Shown piece by piece: positions 26,045-39,774 of a stretch of DNA of 64,000 bases (its first letter is position 1; every line of letters begins with the position of its first letter). This DNA comes from Octopus bimaculoides (lineage: Eukaryota): positions 21,053,327-21,117,326 of the forward strand of contig NC_068994.1 in assembly GCF_001194135.2 (NCBI RefSeq), read 5' to 3'. The notes beneath the pieces were generated by a model. That model had not been told where the DNA came from. It did no database searches and worked only from the letters and a program-made list of their open reading frames with translations. The position numbers and the translations under genes are program-made.

Positions 26045-26480
26045 TTATTATTCATTTAATGTCTGTTTTCCATGCTGGCACAGGCTGAACAGTTTAACAT
26101 GGAGCTAACCAGCTGGGAGCTGTCCAGGCTCCAGTTGTCTGTTGTTGTATGGTTTCTATGGCTGGATGCCCTTCCTAATGTCAACCACTTTACAGAGTGT
26201 GCTGGGTGCTTTTTACATGTTACTGGCATGGGTGCATTCTACATGGCACCGGCACCTGTACAGGACAAGCCTGTATGGATGGATGACAGTGATTTTACTT
26301 AGTATGACATGTCTTCTCAAGTATAAATCACCACATCTCCTGGTCCCTTGTCATTTCTTCAGTGAGACTCAGCATCTGATGATCCTTTCTCACCACTTCA
26401 TCCAATATCTTCCTGGGTCTACCCCTTCCACAGGTTCCCTCCACAATTAGATCTCAGCACTTCTTTGTGCAGCTGTTCTC
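26045..26480 (-). mobile_element. RTE-tail SINE / RTE 3' end copy
   Basis: catttaatgtctgttttccatgctggc...ctggatgcccttcctaatgtcaacc...gggtgcttttta, followed by RTE C-terminal sequence. Confidence 0.75.
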
Positions 26481-26485
26481 ATCAT

Positions 26486-26830
26486 GAAGGCACATGATTC
26501 AGTGGTCAGAGCATCGTTCACAATTATGAGGCAGTGAGTTCAATACCTAGACCCCGTTGTGTGTTGTGTTCTTGAGTAAGACACTTTATTTCACATTTCT
26601 CCAGTTCACTCAGATGTAGAAATGAGATGCAACGTCACTGGTGCTAAGTTGTATCAGCTTTTGCCTTCCCCTTGGATAACATCGGCAGTGTGGAGAGAGG
26701 AGGCTGATATGCATGGGAAACTGCTGGTTTTCTATGAATAACCTTGCCCAGACTTGTACCTCGGAGGGAACTTTCTAGGTGCAATCCATTGGTTATTCAT
26801 GATTGAAAGGGGTTTTTACTCTGTCCCCAT
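26486..26830 (+). mobile_element. tRNA-head SINE (family C)
   Basis: gaaggcacatgattcagtggtcagagc (A-box-like)...gagttcaatacc (B-box-like)...cttgagtaagacactttatttcac. Confidence 0.55.
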
Positions 26831-27084
26831 CAATACGCATCACATGACCAAACCAGCAATCTTCTCTCTGATGCCTCATCTGATGCCTCCTATATCCAGT
26901 TTTCCTCTAAAATCACTTAGACGTCCTCCATACATGCTGACATTATCCATCCAGTAGAGCATGCTAGCTTCATTTCTTTCAAGCTTTTGCAAGTCCTTTG
27001 TAGTCAAAGCTCATGTTTCACTGTCATGTATTATAGCTGTACATGCACAGGCATCATACAATTTTCACTTTCAGGGAGAGGCCT

Positions 27085-27185
27085 CTGGCACAAAGCCAGC
27101 AATTTGGGGGGAGTGAGTAAGTCAATTACATCAACCCCAGTACTCAACTGGTACATCCCAAAAGGATGAAAGGCAAAGTAGACCT
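27085..27185 (-). mobile_element. SINE family A partial copy (3' half)
   Basis: aaagccagcaattt...caaccccagtactcaactggtac...aggatgaaaggcaaagt. Confidence 0.65.
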
Positions 27186-28792
27186 ATTATCATCATCAAT
27201 TCTCTGGATCGATTGGTATCAACTAATCCCCTCCTCTCAGAACTGCTAGCCTTGTACCTAAATCAGAAACCGTCATTACTGTAGTTATTACTAGCACAGT
27301 TGCATAAGCAAATTCAATTTGCTTGTGTGACATTCCTAGCAACTGTCTTAATTCTCCCGAGGCTGTTCTTTAAGTATTTTTCTTAGATATTCTAGATTGT
27401 GGTCAGAGATGGATGATTTTTATTTCTAGTCTGTCAGCTAATTAAGTCACTTCAAGTATTAACATTCTCTAGTAATGTAAAACACAGTAAATACTAATGT
27501 TGATTCACTGAGATCATGCATTTGCTTCAGAAATCTCCTTCTCTCCACACTTGAACTATTTCAAATAGTTTATTGACATTAAGATAGAGACATTTCTGTT
27601 TAATCCACTTTGAGTAGAAAGACATACTAAAGTTTTCCAGTTTTTCCCTTCAGCTTGCTTTATATTGCATGGCTACTTCCTCTGGGTTGAACAATTCTAC
27701 CTCAGAATAACAACTGGTTAAATGTTGAAATAACTAAATTCATGAATGTACAGATATAGCTGAAAGTCATAAGGTTCATTGAAACCCATCAACAATTTAT
27801 ATACCACCTGAGTGCTACACTTTGCCTCAAAGACAAAGGCACTTCTACCTAGTGGAGCTTGACTTAGAATTATTTTTACAATACTTGAAATTTAGGTTGC
27901 TAGAGTATCTTTGAAAGAGTGCTTTTGTGCCGTCTGCCCAAAACTATACAAGCTAAATTTATTACTATAAAAGAGATTAAGGAAATCAAAATGAGAAATC
28001 ACACACTGATAACTCTTCTAACAGTAATTAACATAACAGCAATTGATCCAACTGGGTATCAGATGAAAGAAACAACTCTTCTGAGATTACCTCCATTCAA
28101 AAGTTTTCATTTAGAAATTTTTTCTTCCTAATTTTGAATAATGAAATAATTTCAGAATGTTCTCAAATGAAAGAGCTCATCTGAAATCAAGAGCATATCT
28201 CAAAGAATTATTATAACAAATTATCATAGATGTAAATTTGTGAGCTTAGTAATGACACTGTAATCCAGACTAAAATTTGATCCCAAAATAAATTTGTCTA
28301 GAATCAGTGTCTGTAATAATACAGAAATTGAACTAAGAAACTGATCTTTAGTGGTTGTCATTTAGCAATTGCAATAACAAGCAGCCTGTTTGGCACAGCA
28401 AACTTCATTTGCTCAGCATAGCATTTGGCTCGATAATCTTACCTTTACCGTTGACATGTTGCCCCAAAATCTAACTCCTAAATTGTATAGTTGTTGTAGA
28501 TTTGATTGCAATATTGAGCAAGTGTGCTGGCTTCAGACACTACCAGGCTGCCTTCGTATAGAGAGTGGGCAGTAAAACTCTCATAAAATATCCTAAGTGC
28601 ACACTACTTTTCACACAAGTCCCAAAACTGAATGAAAAAGGGTATTATCTAGAATATAAAACAAACTGGTTATACCTAATTATATCTGTCTACCAGAGAT
28701 CTTTTTTAAGCTGAAGCTAAGTGGAATTAACAACAAAACAATAGCTACAGAATATTTTAGGAAACATAAAAATAAAATTTTAAGTTACTTAC

Positions 28793-28954
28793 AAATAATA
28801 TGCCATCAATATATCGTATAGAAATATGGGTGTCATGGTCTTTATTTCTAAACTGAGCTTCACAACCAGAAAGTTCTGTATGGGTGCCATCAGCATCGTG
28901 GTCATACGAAAGAGAGCCATTATTTACCATGGCTGATATATAGGGATGGGCATG
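28793..28954 (-). CDS. LMAN2: LMAN2 exon 5: HAHPYISAMVNNGSLSYDHDADGTHTELSGCEAQFRNKDHDTHISIRYIDGILF
   Basis: Acceptor ttaacag, donor GTAAGT, 162 nt, phase 0->0; PYIS.MVNNGSL.YDH..DG motif with an N-glycosylation sequon. Confidence 0.97.
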
Positions 28955-29303
28955 CTGTTAATAGAATATACAGAATAAATTGATGTGTAGGTTTTTTTTC
29001 TTTTAAACTGTTCATTGCATAATAATAATTTGAGCATAAAAGATAAATAAAAAAAATCCAAACAAATTTTAGCTTCACATGTTTTTGATGTCAAAAATGT
29101 CAGCATTGTTCATCAGAAAATGACCAGAAAACATGTTTATAAAGAAGAGTTGTTTGCTTGATACTTCTCATGTGTCGATTCTGCCCATAAGAAAGGAACA
29201 AATAATACAAGGTGGCTGCAGGTCAGAACACTCGGGCAACACTTGGGTGCATTGCTAGTAAACCATAAATACGTAGCTTCCTAGCTTTATACATTTGGCT
29301 ACT

Positions 29304-29668
29304 TGGAGGCGCAATGGCCCAGTGGTTAGGGCAGCGGACTCGTGGTCATAGGATCGCGGTTTCGATTCCCAGACCGGGCGTTGTGAGTGTTTATTGAGCG
29401 AAAACACCTAAAGCTCCACAAGGCTCCGGCAGGGGATGGTGGCGAACCCTGCTGTACTCTCTCACTCTTACTTCCTGTTTCTGTTGTGCCTGTAATTCAA
29501 AGGGTCAGCCTTGTCACACTGTGTCACGCTGAATATCCCTGAGAACTACGTTAAGGGTACATGTGTCTGTGGAGTGCTCAGCCACTTGCACGTTAATTTC
29601 ATGAGCAGGCTGTTCCGTTGATCGGATCGACTGGAACCCTCGACATCATAAGCGACGGAGTGCCAACA
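29304..29668 (+). mobile_element. Young full-length tRNA-derived SINE (family B) with 13-bp target-site duplication, in LMAN2 intron 4
   Basis: A-box tggcccagtggt, B-box gtttcgattcc, (CAA) tail, identical TSD acatttggctact at 29291-29303 and 29669-29681, CpGs retained. Confidence 0.93.
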
Positions 29669-30513
29669 ACATTTGGCTACTATTTTGCATTTTTCTTCTT
29701 TTAACAACAAATTACATCAAATATTTTCTTAAATATTCCTGGAATCAGTAGAAAGATTAAAATTTGCATAAATTTATTTTTCCTAAATATTTTCTACACT
29801 TATAACAGAGTAAGGTGCAATATAAACTGACAAGTGTCATGCAGAACTAAAGTAAAAAAAGGGCTTTCATTAAGTAAATGCAATTAAAATGAAGGATTAA
29901 CTACCCTAATATGTAGCTCAATGAAAGAAACTGTTCACTTAGCCAGAAGCAGGGAAATTAGAACAGATGGAAAAAAAACAAATAATGATTATTATAGTGA
30001 AGAAGATATAGCAACACATTGGGTAGAAGTTTAAAATAAAGTTTTCATGAAGGGTAACTAGGATTTTCTTCTAATTATGACCTATTTCGTCAGTCCTTAA
30101 AAATGTAGAGAAGTTATCTGAAATAAGTTTCACATTAATTTTTTTTAATGTTTTACTCTTACTATTATTTTTTTAACCAATTTTACTTTGGTTCTATCAA
30201 ATCAGATATCACAAAATTCATGCAAAAGTCTAAATCAAAGTAGAATAGAAAATAAAATATACAAATAAAGAAATTTTTATGCCAGTATAAAATAGTTTCT
30301 TATTTATTGATAGTGGTAGAATATAGAACTAAACAGAATTAGTGCTAAAACAAAGTCATAATACAGTGTCAGTCATTTTCACCATTCTATAGGAATAACA
30401 TATTAATCAATGACAATAAATATGCTTTTCTAAATTCTAGTACTAAGCTGGGGAAATAAGAAAAAAAAGCTTAAGTCAAGTGTTTTAGAATATAGAAAAA
30501 TCTTAATTCTTAC

Positions 30514-30596
30514 ATTATGTGGTCCATTATGGTTGCTATAAGTATCAAGAAAAATTGCTAGCCCAGAGAAAAAATCACGGTTTCCAAATACAGGAC
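30514..30596 (-). CDS. LMAN2: LMAN2 exon 4: (G)PVFGNRDFFSGLAIFLDTYSNHNGPHN
   Basis: Acceptor tcatttag, donor GTAAGA, 83 nt, phase 1->0; Ca2+/sugar-binding DTYxN motif. Confidence 0.97.
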
Positions 30597-31259
30597 CTAA
30601 ATGAAAGAGAAAAGAAACAAAAATTCAGAAGAAACATTAATACCTAGTTACAATTTTAAACCTTTTAAAACCTCTACTTCAATATCTTTTCTTCCCAATA
30701 TTCCTAAAAATATTATCAAGGAAATCTAAGATTTTTTTTCTAAGAGGCAGTAACATAAATGATGCCATTCCATCAAATTAGGAGATATCTCAAATTCAAC
30801 ACCAATGTATTTTAATTAATTAAGCTCATATAATACTTCAATCAAATCTTCTACATTTCCATATACACTTTAATTCCAACTTCTCTTCAACCCAGCCTTC
30901 TTTATTTCCTCCTAGAATGGCTCAAGGTATCTGTTAAACACATCTGGTCAGGCAATCACTCAAACTCTACCTAATCAGCTGATTGGTCCTAAACTTGCTG
31001 TAAACAAACTCTCAAATGACTGAAACTGATCTCTTTACACAAAATGTCCCATATACACGCACACATAATTATATTGGGACAGTACTATTCATAGACAAAC
31101 CCAAATTATAGTGGATACAAATCAGAAATACATCAGAGATATAAATGGCAGGCTATCAAGAGATGTTTCTGTAATAGACGAGCATCTAATCTAAAACTAA
31201 AAAATTAATGCTTCATCTGTTAAAGATTAGAGTCTGCAAAAACATTACCAGTTGTTTCA

Positions 31260-31294
<35 letters not shown>

Positions 31295-31313
31295 GTAACT
31301 TTTACTATATTAA

Positions 31314-31758
31314 CCCTTCATGGACCAGCAGGGTTGGAATTACACAAAAGGCTATTGGGATCCTGAGGGACCCTCTTTTATTTTTGTGCATTTCTGCACT
31401 ATCCATAAATTATTGGCATTTAATGGAAGGGAATTAAAACAATTTATTGGCTGAAAAAACCTTTATTGAAAGAAATCATTTTTTATAGTTTTGACCTATA
31501 GTTCATCAGAATATCTGAAAAAAGAACAGAAAAAATAATTTCACAGAAGGCTAATGGGGTCCAGTTGGACCCCAATGACCATATTTTGTGCTATAACATC
31601 CATGACTGGAAATTTTAAACTCAAAATGTGTATGTGCATCCATAAACTATTGACAATAAAAGTCATGAGATATAAAATCATTTAAATAAAAAATGTAAAA
31701 GTTGCGTAACTTTTAAAATGAGCTGAGGTCCCAAGGGACCCCACCAGCCCACAAAGGG
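31314..31758. mobile_element. piggyBac-type MITE
   Basis: TTAA at 31310-13 and 31759-62, termini CCCT...AGGG, imperfect TIRs, internal gggtcc/ggaccc palindromes. Confidence 0.8.
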
Positions 31759-32302
31759 TTAAACATAGTATAATGAGCTAAATGACTTTGCAATTTAAGA
31801 TACTAATATATGCAAGTGGGATCTTGTTTTATTCAGTAACAGTTGTCAATTATGATAATTTGATAAATGATGATGTTGATGATAGAAAATAAAATTTAAA
31901 AAAAGAAAATGATATAAAACAAAATGAATTTTTATTGGTTAAAACAAAATCAGTTAATGTTAATGGCCAACTTATAACACTAAAACAACTCTATTACTTA
32001 TTAGAAATATAATTCTTTACTACAGCTAATAATTAGAGGTATAATTAAATAATTAATAAGACGAAATACAGTAAGTCTACTGAAACATATGTATATATAA
32101 ATTTATCTTGTATTAGGAGGATATAAAATTTAAAACAAAAGTTTTAACAGCTTTCTAGTGTTTTCAGTGCATACAATGATGATGGCTTTTTTTCAGAATT
32201 GTCTCCATAAATGTAGCATCCTATATGGGTCTTGACAGCTACAGCTTTTTCATAAACACATAAGAGTAGCTAGCAGCTGTAAATATTGAAGCTCGATCTT
32301 AA

Positions 32303-32523
32303 CCCTTTAGCATTCACATTATTCTGCCAAATGTAATGTTTATTTATTCACATTGATTTGAATTAATCATGCATTATCTTGTAGCTTTGAGATTTCAATG
32401 AGGTGATTGTATATTTTTACAATGACATTCTTAGGTAGGTATGAAAGGCCAGATCTGGCCACTTTGAACATAAAACAGGGAGAAAATTTTCAGCTGGATA
32501 TGGCTGGTTTAAATGTTAAAGGG
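32303..32523. mobile_element. piggyBac-type MITE (221 bp)
   Basis: TTAA on both sides; TIRs ccctttagcatt / aatgttaaaggg. Confidence 0.85.
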
Positions 32524-33904
32524 TTAAATACAAGTGTAACAATATTTTGTTTATATAGGTTTTTAGAACAGATGCTTTCTTTCTAGATAAGGTAATCTCT
32601 TCCTTCCTATTACAATGTATTCAACTCATGATACAAACTTCTTACAAAAGGAATAAATATCTCAAGCAATGAATATGAAAACTGAAATGTTGGAATAAGC
32701 TGCAGCATTGAGGCACCCACTTGGGAAATGTAAACATAAAACTGTCTCAAACCACTATATTACACTGTATTGTATTTAACTCCAATATCAATACACTTGA
32801 AACCACCCCTAATACAATGATGCAAAAACTTCCTATTTCAAAGAATTCATGTTTAAATTTGAACTTTCATCATAATTTTGAATTAAGAACTTTTAGCTAT
32901 GGTTCCAAACACTAGCTTAATAAGAAGTTGTATTTTTTTTTACAAAATCTCTCTAAATTCCAAAATATTTTCAAAATTAATCGGAAAACCGCAAGTTTCA
33001 TTAAAAATAGGGTTGTGAAAGGATCAAATTTTAAAAAAAGCATTACAGTTCCGTTACACTTTAGTATGTAATCTCTCTCCCACTTAACTATAAAAATGTT
33101 TACAACAGCAGCAGACATTGAATTAGTTTCAATATGATAAATATTAAAAGTTTTATAACAGCCAAACCTGAGTTTCAGAAGAGGAGTAGGGCAGAATCAA
33201 TAATAAAATGTTATTTCCCTAACAGCTGCAGCTGTTCATGGAATAAAGTAAACAAATCAAATAGAAGGTAATTTCTTTTCAGTTTATTCGTTTCATTATT
33301 AATAACAAACCACCTGATCCCAGCTTTCTATTAACATGGAGGTGTTAATACAGCTGCTGCCAAAAGGTGATGTGTGAGAGTTCACATATGCATATCTACA
33401 CACGCAAGTGTCTAAGTTACCTATCATTCAGGCCAGCAATTTAGTGAAAACTATTTAAGCTGGTAACACTTTGTGGACAAGCCTTTAGGGAGCAACCTAC
33501 TAGAAATAACAGCTAATTTTCACTCAAATCATCTATTACCATCTTAAAGGAAGAACATAATGGAAAATGTGGTTTCCAGTACAGAAAAAGATGGGAAATG
33601 CAGGAAGATGAAAAAGAAGTGAGACAGCTGAGTGAATTAGTTTCAGACTACCAACTTAGTCAGTTCACATATTTCATGGTCTCTATGTGAAACAATTCTA
33701 TGTCACCTCAGTTTATTTAGATGAGGAACAGATAGATCTATGAAAATTACCCAATAAGAGACTAGCATTTCTCTCATGACTGATCTTTACTTAGTATTTC
33801 AGAAACCTATCAACAATTGTGCCTTGTGAAAGGTTTAATATAAAAGAAAAGGAATGAGTGTTGATATTTCCCATAAAATCTTCTTTCATTAAAAACTTAG
33901 CAAA

Positions 33905-34102
33905 ATTATGAAGATTGATTTCAAATTTTGGCACAAGACCAGCAACTTCAGGGAAAGGGGTAAGTCGATTACATCGAACCCAGTACACAATTGGTACTTC
34001 TTTTATTGACTTGGGCAGAATTTGAACTCAGAATGTAAAGTCGTGAAATGCCGCTAAGCATTTTGCCCATTGTGCTTACAATCCTGCCAGCTCACTGCCT
34101 TA
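33905..34102 (-). mobile_element. SINE family A copy
   Basis: aaattttggcacaagaccagcaac...cagaatttgaactcagaatg...ctgccagctcactgcct. Confidence 0.82.
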
Positions 34103-35699
34103 ACAAAACAATAAATATTGCCAACCTAAATAGTAACAATAATAAAATGCTAATTTCAATGAAATACATATTTTAAGCTATTATTTGGAAAGTTGAGTTA
34201 TTTAATGTAGCAATTGACTGCAGCCCAGTCAAGGTCAACTATGTCACCTTATCTATGGTTCAAATGTGTTATTTGGCAAACCTGTCAAACATTTATGTCA
34301 ACTATTGATAAACATTCACCAAAATACTATTTCAGTTTCATTTCAAAAGGTGAAAGTAAAATATTGAACAACAAAGGTATGAATATGTAGTTAGAAAAAA
34401 ATCCACCTCACTACCATGTAGTTTCAGGTTCAATCCCACTGCACAACACCTTGGTCAAGTGTCTTCTCCCAGATAGAAAGTGTGCAGAAGCCCATTGTGC
34501 AGGTGTATAGAAATATCTGGAAATGCTTGGACACTAGGACAGAACATAGATACATATACATGGCTTTGCATCAAAGTAACACTACCCACTAATGTGGAGA
34601 CTTTATGTCAGTTTTTCCATGCTAGCTTGGATTAGACATACATACATACATTATATGTATGTATGTATGTCATCACTACGGATGGAGGAAGCAGGTTAAG
34701 GAGGGGATCAACACTTTTGAGAGAGCACGTATCCAGCATGAAGAACTTAAGCGAGCTGCACGAAAGCGCACGGCTCATATAGTGAATGGGGAAAGCTTAA
34801 TCTGCAATGTTTGCAGTCGTGTATGCTTGTCAAGAGCAGGGCTCATTAGCCACCAATGGAGCCACAAATGCAAAATATAAGTTAGTCCTAGAGCACACAA
34901 TGTTCCTGAAGGTCAGCAATGGTCTTCCTCGGTCATGAGTGGAAGGCCATCATCCATCATGTATGTACGAATGCATATGAACACACACACATATTCATTC
35001 TTCATTTGTTTTACATTCATTTTTCCATCTTTACATGGATTAGACAAATGTGTTATTTGTTTTACAGCCAACACCCTTCCTGACAGCGACCCTTGTCTAT
35101 TTTTCAAGTAAGCAATAACTTATTCCAACAGAATAAACTGACAACATAGCACTTTCATACAAGTAAGTGCAGGAGTAAACAAACACATTATTATGGTCTT
35201 GTTTCAGTTTCTGTCTACCAGATCTACTAACAAGGCTTTGATTGGCCCAGGGCCATGCAGTGGGACTGAACCTGAAACCATGTGGCTGCAAAGTTAACTT
35301 CTTACCGAGACAACCATGCCTGTGCTTATATATATTGTGAATATACATACATACACAGATTGCTAAGTGGAAATCACTATATTAAATCACCTCTCAGTAT
35401 ATGACTGTCAATAACCCTAAGCAAACATCTATTTTTAACAGTCCACTAATCAAATGATAAAAAAATATTGTTTTACAAACTGCATGTATTATGTTGTCAT
35501 TTTTTTTTTTTTTTTAGTTAGTTAGTTACAAAAATCAATTATAGATTGAAGTGTAATAGAGATGAGTTTCTGGAGCTGAAATAATCCATACAACACTCCA
35601 ACCAGTACTAAATTAGTAAACCTACTATGAAGTTGCTTAGACCATCACTCAAAAAGTTGTTTGCAATAATATGTGCTTCTACATGTGTTTGTTGTTTCA

Positions 35700-36515
35700 G
35701 CAAAACTTATTTAAACATAGGAGGTGGTAACAAAAATGTTCCCAGACTAGTTCTGTAGTGTACCAACAAATGGTAGCACACAGTTACATGAGCAGTGAGA
35801 GCTGCCAATGACCATCATGACACAGTGAGCTGAGTAACATCACAGTGTTTGCTTCGCAAGTAGTGAAATTTGTGTTTTTGTGATCACATGTATGCTGTAG
35901 TTTGTGATTTTGTTGACAAAGAGCCAATGTGAAATTTTGCATTAAACTTGGGAGGTCTGCTACAAAGACATTGAGCATGCTTCAACAAGCTTACGGCAAC
36001 AAGGCAATGGGTCGTATGCAACGTTTTAAAGAGCACAGACACTTCAAAAGCAGAACAACATTCCTGAAAGAAGATGAGCGATCCAGAAGACCTGCCATGA
36101 GTGTCATCCATGGAAATGTGGTATTGTGCATTGAGAATTCTTCCCCCAGGTTCAGACCTTCAATCGAGAGGTCTACTGCAACATTCTGAAGTGTTTGAGG
36201 GAGGACATTCAGTGAAAGAGACCTGATCTATGGAGCATGGAAAATTGAGATTCTTGCCAAAAACAACCAAGTATTGCTTCCACACCTGCCCTATTCACCA
36301 GATTTAGCACCTGCAGACTTTCATTTCTTCTTGAAGATGAAAATGCAGCTCAAAGGTCATCGTTTTAACACCAATGTAAAGTTCAAGAGCGAATTGCAGA
36401 AGGTTCTCAACTAGCTTACAGAAAACAAGTTCTGGGCTGGATTCCAAAAGTGGAATGCTGGGACAGGTGTATTCCTGCACAAGGTAACTATTTTGAAGGA
36501 TATGATGTTGAAACT
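35700..36515 (+). mobile_element. Mariner transposase relic, internally deleted
   Basis: QRANVKFCIKLGRSATKTLSMLQQAYG..EDERSRRP, then PYSPDLAPADFH..KMKMQLKGHRF and AQGNYFEG; TIRs not resolved. Confidence 0.85.
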
Positions 36516-37901
36516 TAAAAAATCTGCATTCACTTAAGAAAAAAAAAAAACAATCTTCAAACTACCACCATTACCACCATCACTTCTTCCTCTTGATACG
36601 TCTCATTCTCTATATTCTAGCATATAGAGATAGGGAGAGAAAGAGAAAGGAAGGAAGAAAGAGAAAATTTAAGGAGAGTGAAGAAAAAGAACAGAATATC
36701 ACTTCAAATGAACACACCACCACTATCAACAATATTCTTCTTCTCTACTTCCCCCTCTCATATATATATATAGATAGATCATTCTCTATGCCACTATGTC
36801 AAAGAGAGACAGAGGAAAGGAAAGGTAGAAAGGTTAAGAGAGAAAACCAGAGCTGATGTCACACAAATTTACAACTACCATCATTGCAATTGCTCTTCTC
36901 CTATATCCCAATCTGCATGGGTATCTTAGTCTCTATATCTCTCTGTATTCCATTATTCTGGAGTAAGAAAGATTGACCTAACTGCTCAATTTTAACTGAT
37001 TGTCTACATTTCCTTTCTTGAGAGATAATAGGGTGTGTTTTGAGGGAGATTTGGCAACTATTTCTAACCTGTCAAGTTAAAAATGGTAAAATAGATGTGG
37101 TTTTATGTGTGTTCCTTTTGAAGTTTCTGAATACAAGATGGACATACAGACAAAAAAGAAAGATAACGTGTGTGAATGTGTGCATCCATGCTTGTGTTTA
37201 TATTAACTGGTATGACTACAGGTGTTGCATCAAATAAAATATTGGCCAATAAAATAAACAACACTGTCAATACTTTTGAAGGTGGCACTCCAGCATGAAT
37301 ACAGCCCAATGACTGAAACCAGTAAAATAATCAATAACTATATTCAATACTTAAAAATGACTTTGTAGAGATATCTCACAAGTAAAGCTACAGCTGACCA
37401 AATTAACTTTGGATAAGTAATGAAAGTAGATTAAATATTCAGTTTTAAAATACCTGCAAGTACATGATAGTTGAGAGATTAAAAAAAAAAAAAAGAAAAG
37501 CAAAAGTGATAGTAGGCCCATCAAATGATGAGATTTCAGAAACAAGATTATTACAAAGCTTGGAAGAAAACAGCTGCTATTCTACCCATTCCAAATATGA
37601 GAAAGCGAACTCAATGTAAAGTAGAAAGATGGATATATTTTCTGATATAGATCAGAATGAAAGAAAAAATAAAGAGAATACAGTGAAAAGTAATTCTGAG
37701 AAGACTGTTTTACAGATAGAAAAATATAGAAAAGCTGACTAATACATGTCAGCATTAGTAAACAACGTTTTAATAGTTTTCAATGCTAGTTTGAGTTGAA
37801 TAGATCTGTAATGTAGCATCATGATCCTAATCAAAACCCCAAAAGTAAACATTAAATATACAAACATCACTCAATTCAAATAATCCAAAATATAAACTAA
37901 C

Positions 37902-38016
37902 CAAGTTCCATGCGATCTCTGGTGTACCATATGCTAAAACCATCACCATAGAGTGTTCGACCGCCTCCGTGTACTTTGAACTGTACTTGTAATTCCCAAT
38001 TTCTAACTAAAATAGG
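37902..38016 (-). CDS. LMAN2: LMAN2 exon 3: PILVRNWELQVQFKVHGGGRTLYGDGFSIWYTRDRMEL(G)
   Basis: Acceptor ttgcag, donor GTTAGT, 115 nt, phase 0->1; contains the sugar-binding GDG motif. Confidence 0.97.
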
Positions 38017-38360
38017 CTGCAATGGAAACAAACACAAATTTTAAAGTAATCATAAAACAAGTAAACAAAATATTAAATTGGTATATTTTTAAAGCAATAA
38101 TTCTTACACAAATTGGTTGATGTCAGACACAGATTTAGGAATTTATTTCTATGGTAAATCATAGAACATAAAAACAGTCTAAAGGTTAACCTTGTCTAAG
38201 GTCAATGAAATGTGCTCGGGATAAACAAGAACTAAATGTGGGAGCTGAACTTCAGTTTTGACCATTTCATTAGGAATTTTGCATATTATCTTATGGCCAT
38301 TCGAAAACCTTTCTGGTCTGGCCTTCTGAACTTTGAGCCTAACTAGAAATGTTTTAGCTC

Positions 38361-38397
38361 TTCAGTATGTGCCATATCACACATGGCACATACTGAA
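38361..38397. repeat. Perfect 15-bp inverted repeat with 7-nt loop
   Basis: ttcagtatgtgccat-atcacac-atggcacatactgaa. Confidence 0.92.
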
Positions 38398-39774
38398 TCA
38401 TTAAATTCTTTCAAGTGATATTATAAAAAAAGAAAAGAAACAAGCAACTTCTATAGCCTTGTTTGATCATGGTTTCCTTGTTTATTTGCAAGACAAAAAG
38501 ACATTTCCAATCCAGCTTATATGCAATATGTTACTTAGCCCCATTACATCAGTTGATGTAAATTTACGTACACTTTAAATCAGATGACAAAAATATACGC
38601 AGTCCTATCTGCTGCGGTTTTGTACCTGCTTGTATACCAGTTGATATAAATATCTGCTATCACTCACAGAATCGATAATAGAGGCCACCATGCAAATTTC
38701 AAATAATCTAATAAGTTTGTTAGAATCTTCATATAAATATTTCCAACTCAGTTTGAGAAATCATTACCATAATAGTATAAAAGCAGCAGTTTTGGCAGTT
38801 ACACCACCATTTCCACTATGACATCCAATCAAATTCATACACGTTCAGCAAATTCTTCTGGTCCTTCATGGAATTTGCAGTCTCATCCAGCTACACTAGT
38901 TTCATTTAATTAACGGTCTTCACAGTGATGGCAGTTTACATTAATAAACAGTGCATGACATAAATATACGCCAAACCGTTATCGTGCACTAATTGCTGAT
39001 CTCGGCTGAGATGATTACTGTCAGTGCAACCTAGTTGTCTGATAAAAAACCATTGTCATGGAGTTAACACATAGATAATGCTTTACTTCAAAATCTTTGG
39101 CTTTGCACCTACATGAAAAACCTTATTGAAATAAACATAGCTCTCAAACTTTCATGACTAATCTACTTTTTGTATTATTAGAGTGAGTAGTTTATATAAA
39201 AAAAATTTTTTTTAAACAACAGTTGATAACAGAAGTATCTAGTTTTGGGGAACATTATATATAAGAGTTCTGTTAGTGGAAATGATTTTTGTCTTGTGGG
39301 ATAAAGTGAATAAACAATAAGACCATTACTGTTGGGTCAAATAACTAGTAGCATTTGTTTTATTTATTCATTTGCTCAGCAAAGTACAAATTCCACAAAA
39401 AATGTATATGCAAAAGTGAAGAACATCATATTTAGTTCAAAGAACTTGAAAGAACCTTTTGTTTTAAGATTAAAAAAAAAAATTTCTGAAGTTCAATCAG
39501 TACACTAATACTATGTTGTTTAATGATAACTAGATTATGACTTCATAGATGATAGCATATACTGAGTCAAAGACAACAAGATAAAAATTAATTTTTTAAA
39601 CAATTAAGAAGCTTAGTTCACTTCAGTTTTAACACATGGATTTTATTTTCTAACCACACTAAGAGATGAAACAAAATCCAAGGATATTGGTGGTGGTTAG
39701 CTTCATTAAAAATTATAAAATGCTATATTTGAGAAGACCCACCCACCATAACAAAACTGAGATCCTAAAACCAA

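Noticed and set aside
28443-28470. 28-nt cryptic or poison exon in LMAN2 intron 5 (ttag / GTAAGA)
   Set aside because: Acceptor lacks a polypyrimidine tract, and such donors are common by chance; unsupported without RNA data.
29305-29380. tRNA gene
   Set aside because: The cloverleaf is not convincing and it continues into a SINE body with tail and TSDs.
38320-38366. Second hammerhead (CUGAAGAG on the minus strand)
   Set aside because: No correctly placed GAAA or stem III; the same applies to CUGANGAG hits near 49575 and 56594.
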